A stretch of DNA of 64,000 bases from contig JAJCZZ010000050.1 of assembly GCA_029262115.1 (NCBI GenBank), forward strand, positions 1 through 64,000, read 5' to 3'. The stretch's first letter is position 1, and every line of letters starts with the position of its first letter. The DNA comes from Gemmatimonadota bacterium. GTDB taxonomy: Bacteria; Gemmatimonadota; Gemmatimonadetes; Longimicrobiales; Gaopeijiaceae. The position numbers and the translations under genes were made by a program. Of the stretch, positions 28,268-37,105 are shown in pieces. The notes beneath the pieces were generated by a model. It saw nothing but the letters and a program-made list of their open reading frames with translations. It was not told where the DNA came from and searched no databases.

Positions 28268-30670
28268 TCATCCGTCGCGGAGGGCTTCGACCGGCTGCGT
28301 CCTGGCGGCCCGAAGGGCAGGAAAAACGGCGGCTCCGACGCCCAGCGTCATGACCAGCACAGCCACCATCCCCAGGGCTCTCGGGTCCAGGGGGCCGACC
28401 TCGAAGAGATGTGTGGTGAGGGCCCGGGCTGAGAGGGCGCCCGCACCGATACCGAGCGCGAGCCCCACGCCGACCTGCAGCGCCGTACGACCGAGCACTT
28501 CTCCGACCACTTCCCCGCTCCGTGCCCCGAGCGCCATGCGCACGCCGATCTCTTTCCGACGCTGACTGGTCGAGTAATTGACGACGCCGTACGTGCCGAA
28601 AACGCCCAGAACGAGGGCGAGAAGCGTGACCATCGAGATCAGCGCGGTCTGGTATCGGTCCAAGGCCATGGATTCCCTCCACACGTCGGACAGTGGCCGT
28701 AGCAGGGTCACCGGCTGATCCCGATCGACCCGGAGGACCGCCGTCCGAATCGCTCGCTCGCTGGGGAGCGGTCCGTCCGACCGGACGACGATTTCCAGTG
28801 TCGGCCAGGCGAAGGTGACGTCGCCCGCATACTGGTACATCCCGAGTCGTGGCCTCTCTCGGAGCCCGTCGTGGTGGACATCCTGGACCAGCGCGACAAC
28901 CTCGAACCAGGCGGTCGGAGGCGTTCCGAAGCCGACGCGACGCCCGATCGGGTCTTCGTCTCCGAAGACCGCCCGCGCAAAGGTCTCGTTGACGGCCACG
29001 ACCGTCACGCTGTCCTGCGCGTCGAGTTCCGAGAAGCGACGGCCTCGGAGCACGCCGATGCCGAGGGCGTCGAAGTAGCCGGGCGTGACCGCGTCCCAGC
29101 CCGTTCGTGGTCGGGTGGCGATTGCCGGACCCGTCAACTCGAAGCCTTCCGCCACTGGCGCCGGGATCGTGATCCCGTCACTCGAGAGCGGGAGCGTACT
29201 TGCCCCTCCCACTGCCGTGACGCCTGGCAACGACTCGAGTTCTGCGATGATCGCGCGGAAGAGCGCCTGCACCTCCGGCGCGGTGGGATACCGGTCCGAC
29301 GGCACCGTGATCTGAACCGCCAGACCCTCGGAGAGGTCGAATCCCGGGTCGACCGCACGGGCGTTCCGAAGGCTTTCCGCGAGGAGGAGCGAGACCAGGA
29401 TCAGAGCCGTCACGACCGCGATCTCCGCGACGACGAGACCGGCACGAGGCAAAGAGGCCGTACGGGTGCCGCCCAGCCGTCCCCCCATCAGCGCCTCACC
29501 CCGATCGAGCGCCAGGAGGGTCGGCAGGGTGCCGACGATGAGGCTCACGAATGCGCCGATCATCAAGCCGAAGCCCAAGACCCTTTGGTCGAGGCGGGCG
29601 CCCGCGAGCCCGGGCACGTCGGAGGGACTTGCTGCGACGATACCCGGGAGGGTCATGGCCGCCAGGATCACCCCGGCGGTCAGTCCAACGACCGCGAGGA
29701 GGCCGGATTCCACCATTTGTTCGATGATGATCCGTTCACGGGTGGCCCCGAGCGCCGAACGAACGGCGATCTCCCCGGATCGAGAGGTCAGCCGGGCCAT
29801 GGCCAGGTGGACCAGATTCGCCGCGACCACGAGGAGGACCAGCCCCCCCGCGAGGAGCAGGGCGTGAAGCACCGCTCGACTGTCGCCGACGAACGTCCCG
29901 CCCAAGGACTCGATTCCTACGGACACGTCGGTGCGACGGGTCGGTGCCTCTTCCTCCAACCCGCTCGCCCACGAGTCCAGCTCGGAGAGTGCCGCAGTGG
30001 GGCTGACGTCCGGGGAGAGCCGCGCGACTACATGCTCACTGAACCAGCCCGTGAAGTTCCCTGATTCCGGGTCGAAGACACGCGGGATGAACACGTCCTG
30101 GCCCCCATCCAGATCGAAGCGGAAGTCGGCATCGAGGACACCGACGACGGTTCTCGGCTGGTTGCCGATGATCAGGACGCCGCCGATCACCGAAGGATCT
30201 CCCGCGAACCGCCGCACCCAGTAGTCATGGGCTAGAACGACCACGCCATCCGATCCGGGTCGGTCCTCGTCCCGCGTGAAGGTTCTACCCAGGGACGCGT
30301 CGCGGCCGATAACCTCGAAGAAGTCGGCCGAAACGGCCCGCCCTCGTAGGACCTCGGGCTCTCCGTCGCCCGTGAGGGTCAGGGACTGCGCCTCGCGATA
30401 CCATCCGATCGAAGCGAACGACGTCGTTCGTTCCTCCAGCAAGAGGACATCGACGGGTGCCATCCCACGTCCGCTCTCCCCCCCCATCTCCTGGGTGATC
30501 GAATAGAGCCGATCCGGGTCGGAAAAGGGGAGCGGTCTGAGCATGACCGCGTCGACTACGCTGAACACCGCTACGTTGGCGCCCAGCGCGAGGGCCATGG
30601 TGATGACAGCGACCGACGAGTATCGCCAGTCACGCCAGAGTGAACGGGCGCGGACTCGTATGATCTGCAT
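28268..30670 (-). CDS. ADOP-family ABC transporter permease (orphan; no PadR partner)
   Basis: MQIIRVRARSLWRDWRYSSVAVITMALALGANVAVFSVV; two FtsX domains. An alternative start 22 codons upstream exists (30736). Confidence 0.85.
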   Translation of the reverse strand: MQIIRVRARSLWRDWRYSSVAVITMALALGANVAVFSVVDAVMLRPLPFSDPDRLYSITQEMGGESGRGMAPVDVLLLEERTTSFASIGWYREAQSLTLTGDGEPEVLRGRAVSADFFEVIGRDASLGRTFTRDEDRPGSDGVVVLAHDYWVRRFAGDPSVIGGVLIIGNQPRTVVGVLDADFRFDLDGGQDVFIPRVFDPESGNFTGWFSEHVVARLSPDVSPTAALSELDSWASGLEEEAPTRRTDVSVGIESLGGTFVGDSRAVLHALLLAGGLVLLVVAANLVHLAMARLTSRSGEIAVRSALGATRERIIIEQMVESGLLAVVGLTAGVILAAMTLPGIVAASPSDVPGLAGARLDQRVLGFGLMIGAFVSLIVGTLPTLLALDRGEALMGGRLGGTRTASLPRAGLVVAEIAVVTALILVSLLLAESLRNARAVDPGFDLSEGLAVQITVPSDRYPTAPEVQALFRAIIAELESLPGVTAVGGASTLPLSSDGITIPAPVAEGFELTGPAIATRPRTGWDAVTPGYFDALGIGVLRGRRFSELDAQDSVTVVAVNETFARAVFGDEDPIGRRVGFGTPPTAWFEVVALVQDVHHDGLRERPRLGMYQYAGDVTFAWPTLEIVVRSDGPLPSERAIRTAVLRVDRDQPVTLLRPLSDVWRESMALDRYQTALISMVTLLALVLGVFGTYGVVNYSTSQRRKEIGVRMALGARSGEVVGEVLGRTALQVGVGLALGIGAGALSARALTTHLFEVGPLDPRALGMVAVLVMTLGVGAAVFPALRAARTQPVEALRDG

Positions 30671-30828
30671 GTCTCCCCCCGGGTTCGGTTCGTCCGACGT
30701 CCATCTCAGGGTGACCGGAGCGGTCGGCACTCTCAATGGATGCCGGCAGGTTTCGCGCTGAAACCGGGATGAAGGCGATGTGAAAAGTCTTCCCGCGGTG
30801 CACCGCTTCCCTACACTTAGTCCTCTGA

Positions 30829-30919
30829 GACGTAAGTACGGGCACGTATCGAGTCAGGCGGCCAGAGGCGAGGGGAGGTCGGTTGACTCGGGAGCCCTCT
30901 CGATCTTGATGAGCAAGGC
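30829..30919. repeat. Inverted repeat copy B (partner of 37-137), in a gene-poor gap
   Basis: See copy A. Includes a pseudo-copy of the last 22 codons of the gene that ends at 102. Confidence 0.85.
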
Positions 30920-31159
30920 GACTCGTCAGTGCTACCGACGAACCCAACTATGGGCGGGACAGTGGCCGCTCCCCCGTGAAGGCATCGGAACACTTGCCGA
31001 CCGCATCGGGCAGACCTTTGCGGCCGCCGTCGACCCGGCCCTGGGTCAGGCTCATCAGCAGCTCTTGGTCGGGCGCGAGGCCGACCCCACTGCGTGGGAT
31101 GCCTATGCTCGTGTGGACTACCTCCTGGGCCGGCACACGATGGCCGCCACGCGTCGTGC

Positions 31160-31335
31160 CTTGTCGCAGGAGGGGAAGGGAAGGCCGCGCTCCGCTGACG
31201 CGCCGAACCTATCGGTCCACCTTTCGCCGAGACGTCGCAGAGGGGAAGGGAAGGCCCCCGCCGCGCTGAGGGCTCCCCGGGCGGAATCTGTGCCAGCCCC
31301 TGCCCGTGGTCCCTCCCTCCCTTCCCTCCGGCTCC
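31160..31335. repeat. Polypurine repeat cluster: GCAG(G)AGGGGAAGGGAAGGCC twice in direct orientation (31167-31187, 31238-31257) plus an inverted C-rich partner (31309-31330)
   Basis: Seen directly. Each motif has four G-runs, so a G-quadruplex is possible. Confidence 0.6.
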
Positions 31336-31551
31336 CCCCCTTTCTACCATTGGGGTCGCGCGACAGTCGCACCGAGGGTGCCACTTCGCGCCCCAGGCCG
31401 GGCTTCAGCGCCGCGGCACGGAAACAGAACAGGATTTCAATCCGGCGACGTGGGGACCGCGGCGTTTCGACCCCCTCATTCCGAGGGCGCTCACCGCGCC
31501 GGATCGAAGGAAGCTCGCACGGGACCGCGCCGGCGCGGGTGGGACGTCTCG

Positions 31552-32037
31552 ATGGATAGTGATCACATGCAGGAAGCTGGAAAGCTCGTTAAGGATCTGC
31601 AGGACATGCGCGACGAGGGGCACCTCTCCGACGCGCTCCTGCGGTACGCAGTCAGGACGATCGAGCGGAGCGACGACCGGTACTCGTGGGTCGGCGTCTA
31701 CCTGGTCAACGACGCGGAGCAGGAGCTCTGGCTCCACAACTACGTCGGAGAGCCGACCGAACACGCGAAGATTCCGGTGGGCACAGGTGTGTGCGGCCGA
31801 GCGGTCGAGCAGAAGCAGAACCTCAACATCCCGGATGTGAGCGTGGAAGAGGACTACCTCGCCTGCTCGCTGGATGTGGAGTCCGAGTTGGTGGTCCTGA
31901 TCCGGGCCGGAGACGAAATCTTCGGCCAGATCGACCTCGATTCCGAGGAGAAGGCCGCCTTCAAGGAGGAGGACGAAGTTGCGGTCCAGATGGTGGCAGA
32001 CAAGTTGGCCGAGCAGTTGATGGCGGAGCGCCGCTGA
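31552..32037 (+). CDS. GAF-domain protein (free Met-R-sulfoxide reductase-like)
   Basis: ..SWVGVYLVNDAEQELWLHNYVGEP..GTGVCGRAVE.. Confidence 0.75.
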   Translation: MDSDHMQEAGKLVKDLQDMRDEGHLSDALLRYAVRTIERSDDRYSWVGVYLVNDAEQELWLHNYVGEPTEHAKIPVGTGVCGRAVEQKQNLNIPDVSVEEDYLACSLDVESELVVLIRAGDEIFGQIDLDSEEKAAFKEEDEVAVQMVADKLAEQLMAERR

Positions 32038-32834
32038 CCGAGCGCCTAGAGCGGAGCGGCCTGCGGCGAATCGATGCGGGCAACGCGGGACCGTTCACGC
32101 TGGACGGGACCCGCACGTTCCTGATCGGCGACCGTGACGTGGTCGTGTTGGACCCCGGCCCGGACGTGGAAGCGCACGTCCGGGCCGTTGTTTCTGCGGT
32201 TTCGGGGGCGGACAGCGTCCGTGTGCTTCTGACGCATCACCACGGAGACCACGCTGGCGCAGTTCGGGCGCTGGCCGAGCGCTTGGATGCCAGGGTCCTC
32301 GGACCCGCCGGAGATGGTGTGACGGACACCCTCACCGATGGACGGACGATCCAGACGGAGGTTGGGTCGCTGGTGGCGGTCCATACTCCCGGGCACACTC
32401 GCGATCATCTCTGCTACCACTGGCCGGAGGAGCGGGCGCTCTTTGCCGGCGATACACTTCTCGGGACGGGTTCGACCACCTGGGTGGCCGACTACCCGGG
32501 GTGCGTCGCCGACTACCTCGCGTCCCTCGACCGGCTCCGGTCCCTCGACCTCGAAGTCGTGTACCCGACGCACGGTCCTCCGCTGACGGATCCGCCGCCG
32601 GCGATCGACCGGTTCGATACGCACAGACGCAGCCGGATCGCCCAGGTGGCGGAGGCGCTCGAACGCAGCCCCGACGCGGTGGCCCAAGACCTGCTAGAGG
32701 AGGTGTACGGCACCAGCTTGCCGCAGGGAATGACGTCTGCCGCCCTGCTCAGCCTGGATGCTCTGGTAAACCACGTTCGGGCCGCCTATCCTCGAAAGTC
32801 TCCGCCTTCTGGAGACGCTGGACGACAGGGATAG
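32034..32834 (+). CDS. MBL-fold metallo-hydrolase; start uncertain, with no in-frame ATG/GTG before the conserved N-terminus
   Basis: THHHGDHAG motif. The conserved N-terminus (LRRIDAGNAGPFTLDGTRTFLIGD) begins right at the GAF stop. Only CTG candidates exist. Confidence 0.6.
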   Translation: MTERLERSGLRRIDAGNAGPFTLDGTRTFLIGDRDVVVLDPGPDVEAHVRAVVSAVSGADSVRVLLTHHHGDHAGAVRALAERLDARVLGPAGDGVTDTLTDGRTIQTEVGSLVAVHTPGHTRDHLCYHWPEERALFAGDTLLGTGSTTWVADYPGCVADYLASLDRLRSLDLEVVYPTHGPPLTDPPPAIDRFDTHRRSRIAQVAEALERSPDAVAQDLLEEVYGTSLPQGMTSAALLSLDALVNHVRAAYPRKSPPSGDAGRQG

Positions 32835-32889
32835 AGCGTCTCCTTGCTGGTAGGTTCGAGACGCACACATCACATCAAGGGCCGCGCCG

Positions 32890-34347
32890 ATGCAGTCTCC
32901 CACACCGAGCCTCTTTCCCCCCAGGCTGCTTCCGCAGCTCCAGTACCTGGTGGGGAAGGGCAACGTGATCACCGACCCGGCCCGCCTGCTCGTGTACGAA
33001 TCGGACGGCCTCACCACATACCGGTGGCGGCCGGCGGCGGTAGTCCTTCCCGAAACGACGGCCGAATTGACCGCGGTGGTCGCGGCCGTTCACAAGGCCG
33101 AACTGCCGATCGTGGCCCGGGGCGCCGGAACCGGGCTGTCCGGGGGGGCGCTGGCAGGTGACGGCGTTGTCGTCGTCGCCACGACCCGCATGAATTCCAT
33201 CCTCGAATTGGATCCCGTCAACCGGATCGCACGGGTGCAGCCGGGGGTGGTCAATGCCGACCTCGGGGCTGCGGCCGCCCGACACGGCCTGCTCTACGCG
33301 CCCGACCCTTCCTCGCAGAGCGCGTGCACGATCGGGGGAAACGTTGCGGAGAACTCCGGGGGGCCGCACTGCCTCAAGTATGGCGTGACCTCCCGGTACG
33401 TGTCGGGCCTGACGGTGGTCCTCGAGCGGGGCGGTGTCGTCCAACTCGGAGGAGCTGGGCGCGATCCGGAGGGTGCCCTCGATCTGGTCGGCCTCTTCGT
33501 CGGCTCTGAAGGCTGCTTCGGGATCGCAGCGGAGATCGAGGTCCGGCTACGCCCGATTCCCCTCGGCTACCGAACGCTCCTGGCCGTGTTCGATTCGGTC
33601 GAGGCCGCCGCGGGCGCCGCGACAGATATCATCGCCCGTGGTCTGCTCCCGGCCGCGCTGGAGATCATGGACGGCGGCAGCATCCGCGCTGTCGAGGAAA
33701 GCACGTACGCCGCGGGAATTCCGATTGATGCTGGAGCCGCCCTCGTCATCGAATTCGACGGAACGGACGCGGGTCTCGATGGCGATGCCGATGCGGCCCG
33801 GGAGGCGTGTGAGGCAGCGGGTGCCCGGGAGATCCGGAGCGCCCACACCGCCGAGGAGCGGGTTCGCCTCTGGCAGGGGCGGAAGAAGGCGTTCGGGGCA
33901 ATGGGACGGATCGCACCCGACATCCTGGTCCAGGACGCGACGGTCCCTCGGACGCGCCTTCCGGGCGTTCTCGCGGAAATCATGCAGGTGGCGGCGAAGT
34001 ACGATCTGCACATCGGCAACGTGTTCCACGCGGGCGACGGCAACCTGCATCCGAAGTTGTTGTTCGACCGGAGGAACGCGGACGAGGTCGCTCGCGTTGA
34101 GAAGGCGTCGAGCGAAATCATGGCACTGTGTGTGGCCGCGGGAGGAACCATCACGGGAGAACATGGGGTCGGCGTGGACAAGCGCCGCTACATGTCACTC
34201 GTGCACGGACCCGACGAGCTCGCCGCTATGGAGGCGGTTCGCGAGGTGTTCGATCCGGAGTCTCTCATGAATCCAGGGAAGGTATTGCCAACGGATGCAG
34301 AGATCGCCGAGATGGACTTGCTGCGCGCCACCGGGGCCTTCGTATGA
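32890..34347 (+). CDS. glcD: FAD-linked oxidase, glycolate oxidase subunit GlcD
   Basis: FAD-binding PCMH domain (ARGAGTGLSGGA); C-terminal GEHGVG. Confidence 0.9.
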   Translation: MQSPTPSLFPPRLLPQLQYLVGKGNVITDPARLLVYESDGLTTYRWRPAAVVLPETTAELTAVVAAVHKAELPIVARGAGTGLSGGALAGDGVVVVATTRMNSILELDPVNRIARVQPGVVNADLGAAAARHGLLYAPDPSSQSACTIGGNVAENSGGPHCLKYGVTSRYVSGLTVVLERGGVVQLGGAGRDPEGALDLVGLFVGSEGCFGIAAEIEVRLRPIPLGYRTLLAVFDSVEAAAGAATDIIARGLLPAALEIMDGGSIRAVEESTYAAGIPIDAGAALVIEFDGTDAGLDGDADAAREACEAAGAREIRSAHTAEERVRLWQGRKKAFGAMGRIAPDILVQDATVPRTRLPGVLAEIMQVAAKYDLHIGNVFHAGDGNLHPKLLFDRRNADEVARVEKASSEIMALCVAAGGTITGEHGVGVDKRRYMSLVHGPDELAAMEAVREVFDPESLMNPGKVLPTDAEIAEMDLLRATGAFV

Positions 34348-35540
34348 CGGACGCGCACGCACCCGTCACGGAAACAGACGCACTCGTCGCGGCACGGGCT
34401 CCCTCCCGAGTGGCGCCCCATTCGGTCGACGAGGTCACGGACGCCCTGAACGGCGCTGCGGACGAGGGCGTGCAGGTCATGCCGATCGGCACTGGCGTTG
34501 ATCAGCGCCCGGTCCCACGCCCGGAGGGACTGCGGACCCTCGACACGTCAGCGCTCGGCGGCATCGAATCCTACGAACCGGCGGACCTGACCTTCACGGC
34601 CGGGGCTGGAGTGACGCTGGCCGAGATCGACGACGCGCTGGGGCAACACGACCAGTGGCTTCCCTTCGATCCCGCCCGGGCGCCAGAGCGCACCCTCGGA
34701 GGGATCGTGGCCACTGGAGCCACGGGCGGGTTGTGGGCCGGGTACGGGTCGCCCCGCGATCACATCCTCGGGGCAACGGTCGTGACGGGGGACGGCACCC
34801 CGCTCAGGCTGGGCGGCCGTGTGATGAAGAACGTGGCCGGTTTCGACCTCCTTCGCCTGATCATCGGCAGCCGCGGGTCTCTGGCGGTCGTTACCTCAGC
34901 GACGGTTCGGGTCTTTCCCAGGCCGGCCGTCGACCGCCTCTTCGTCCTGGAAGGGAGCGAGGACGAGATGATGGCGCTGGCGCAACGGCTGGGTTCGGCC
35001 CCCCTGCTCCCCGCCGCCGCAACTGTGGTGTCCGACGCGCAGGGCGGTGCCCGCTTGCTCCTCAGAGTCCACGGGCCCGAGGCGGGCGTGAAGGCCGACG
35101 CGGCCGCGTTCGCCCACCACCTCGGTCGGTCGCTGAGCGCCGTCGAGCCGGCCGACGCTTCGGCACTCGTCGAACGAGCCAGAGACAACACGCCGGGCGC
35201 GGGTGGTGGGATTTCGCTGCGGGCCGCGGCTCTTCCCGGTCGCTTCGCGGAGCTTGGGCAGACGCTGCGCGACGCACTGCCTGGAGCGACGTTCGCCGCG
35301 GATCCGCTGTCCGGTCGGGTGCGCGCGGCGGCGGGATCGATGGACGCCTCCGAACTGGGGACGTTGCGTCAGGCGGTCGAGACGATGGGCGGGACGCTCA
35401 TCCTCACGGGTGCGCCGGCGGGAGTGGCGAGCGAGGTCGGTATCTACGGCCGCCCGCGTGACGACCTCGGGCTCGCGCTGGCCCTTCGTGACCGTTTCGA
35501 CCGCCGTGGCGTGCTGTGGGATCAGGCGCTGTACGGATGA
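34344..35540 (+). CDS. glcE: Glycolate oxidase FAD-binding subunit GlcE
   Basis: FAD_binding_4-like; ATGA overlap with the glcD stop. Confidence 0.85.
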   Translation: MTDAHAPVTETDALVAARAPSRVAPHSVDEVTDALNGAADEGVQVMPIGTGVDQRPVPRPEGLRTLDTSALGGIESYEPADLTFTAGAGVTLAEIDDALGQHDQWLPFDPARAPERTLGGIVATGATGGLWAGYGSPRDHILGATVVTGDGTPLRLGGRVMKNVAGFDLLRLIIGSRGSLAVVTSATVRVFPRPAVDRLFVLEGSEDEMMALAQRLGSAPLLPAAATVVSDAQGGARLLLRVHGPEAGVKADAAAFAHHLGRSLSAVEPADASALVERARDNTPGAGGGISLRAAALPGRFAELGQTLRDALPGATFAADPLSGRVRAAAGSMDASELGTLRQAVETMGGTLILTGAPAGVASEVGIYGRPRDDLGLALALRDRFDRRGVLWDQALYG

Positions 35541-37099
35541 GCGCGACCGGCTCCGTCGAGGCGATGGTGGAATCTGAGCGGCTCGAGATCCGGAGCCGGA
35601 TCGGCGCCGGCGTATTGATGAGCGAGCGGATCGCGGGTCCGTCCGAAGTGAACGCCGCCGTGCAGAAGTCCCGCGCGGCTCAAGAGGAATGGGCAGCACG
35701 GACACCCCGCGTTCGAGCGCGCGCCATGGGCCGGCTCGTCGCCGTTCTCGCTCGGAGGGCGGACGAGATCGCCGAGCGCGTTCGCGACGAGACCGGTAAG
35801 CCTCGAGCGGAAGCCCTGACCGAGGTGGCCGTCTCCGCCGACCTCATCCAGTACTACGTGCGAGCGGCGCCCAAGGCGCTGGCACCCAGACGGGTCGGCT
35901 CGGGTTGGGTCGTGAACAAGCGAGGATGGGTCGAGCACGAGCCGTATGGCGTCGTGGGCGCCATCACCCCCTGGAACTACCCGTTCATCATGGTCATGGA
36001 CGCGGTGATCCCCGCCCTGTTCGCCGGCAACGGCATCGTGGTGAAGCCGTCTGAGTACACGCCGTGGACCGCGCTTCTGGTGCCCGAACTCTGCAGGGAG
36101 GCCGGGCTTACGGACGGATTGGTCGGCATCGTTGCGGGAGACGGATCTACCGGCGCCGCCCTGATTGATGCGGGCGTCGACAAGGTCTCCTTCACGGGGA
36201 GCACGGCCACCGGCAGGAAGGTGATGGCCGCGGCCGCCCAGCATCCACTTCCCGTGGTCATGGAGCTCGGCGGAAAGGACCCCGCGATCGTGCTTGCCGA
36301 TGCCGACCTGGATCGCGCCGCGAGAGGCGTGGCCTACGGGGCCTTCTTCAACGCCGGTCAGACGTGCATCTCAGTCGAGCGCGTGTTCGTCGAGGGCGAG
36401 GTCTATGACGACTTCGTAGCTCGCCTCGCCGATGAGGCACGGTCATTGCGGACGGGTACGGGGACCGACGCGGACGTGGGACCCATGATCACGGCCGAAC
36501 AGCTTGAGGTGGTCGAGCGCCATGTGTCGGACGCCCTGGCGCAGGGGGCGAGGGCGGTTGTCGGCGGGCCGGTGGAGGCAGCGAGCCTCGAATCGGACGC
36601 CCCCCTCTATCCGCCCACGGTGCTCGTCGACGTCACTCCGGAGATGGCGGTGCAATGCGAAGAGACATTCGGACCTGTGGTGACTGTTGTTCGCGTCTCG
36701 GGTGAGGAAGAGGCGGTGGCGCGGGCGAACGCTCTGGGGTATGGGCTTTTCGCGAGCGTTTGGACCGGTGATCGTGAACGCGGCTTGGTTGTCGCTCGGC
36801 GGTTGCTCGCGGGCGGGGTGTCTGTGAACGATGTTCTCAGCCACTACGCGCTTCCCGGGTTACCGATGGGTGGGCGGGGACAGAGCGGCTTCGGATATCG
36901 TCGGGGTGTGCAGGGACTCATGGAAATGGTCCGGGTCCGTACGCTCCTTGTGGATCGGCTGGGTCTCCGGCGGGAAGTGTGGTGGTTTCCATACGGAGGT
37001 TCGAGTGAGCGTCTGGTGGAAGCCGTCATCCAGTGGAGGGCTCGTCGAGGGATCTCGGGCATCGTTGGTGCCTTCAAGAAATTGATTCGAGGGGAGTGA
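35537..37099 (+). CDS. NAD(P)-dependent aldehyde dehydrogenase
   Basis: ELGGKDP.., ..FFNAGQTCISVERVFV, catalytic Cys context. ATGA overlap with the glcE stop. Confidence 0.88.
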   Translation: MSATGSVEAMVESERLEIRSRIGAGVLMSERIAGPSEVNAAVQKSRAAQEEWAARTPRVRARAMGRLVAVLARRADEIAERVRDETGKPRAEALTEVAVSADLIQYYVRAAPKALAPRRVGSGWVVNKRGWVEHEPYGVVGAITPWNYPFIMVMDAVIPALFAGNGIVVKPSEYTPWTALLVPELCREAGLTDGLVGIVAGDGSTGAALIDAGVDKVSFTGSTATGRKVMAAAAQHPLPVVMELGGKDPAIVLADADLDRAARGVAYGAFFNAGQTCISVERVFVEGEVYDDFVARLADEARSLRTGTGTDADVGPMITAEQLEVVERHVSDALAQGARAVVGGPVEAASLESDAPLYPPTVLVDVTPEMAVQCEETFGPVVTVVRVSGEEEAVARANALGYGLFASVWTGDRERGLVVARRLLAGGVSVNDVLSHYALPGLPMGGRGQSGFGYRRGVQGLMEMVRVRTLLVDRLGLRREVWWFPYGGSSERLVEAVIQWRARRGISGIVGAFKKLIRGE

Positions 37100-37105
37100 C
37101 GGTAT

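Noticed and set aside
28023-28682. 219-aa minus-strand ORF at the 3' end of the ADOP permease region
   Set aside because: It overlaps the permease gene in another frame and has low-complexity Arg/Gly-rich product.
30780-31559. 259-aa plus-strand ORF spanning the gene-poor gap
   Set aside because: Arg-rich read-through of GC-rich repeat DNA. It contains inverted repeat copy B and the GA repeats, and overlaps the GAF start. A short real peptide within it cannot be excluded.
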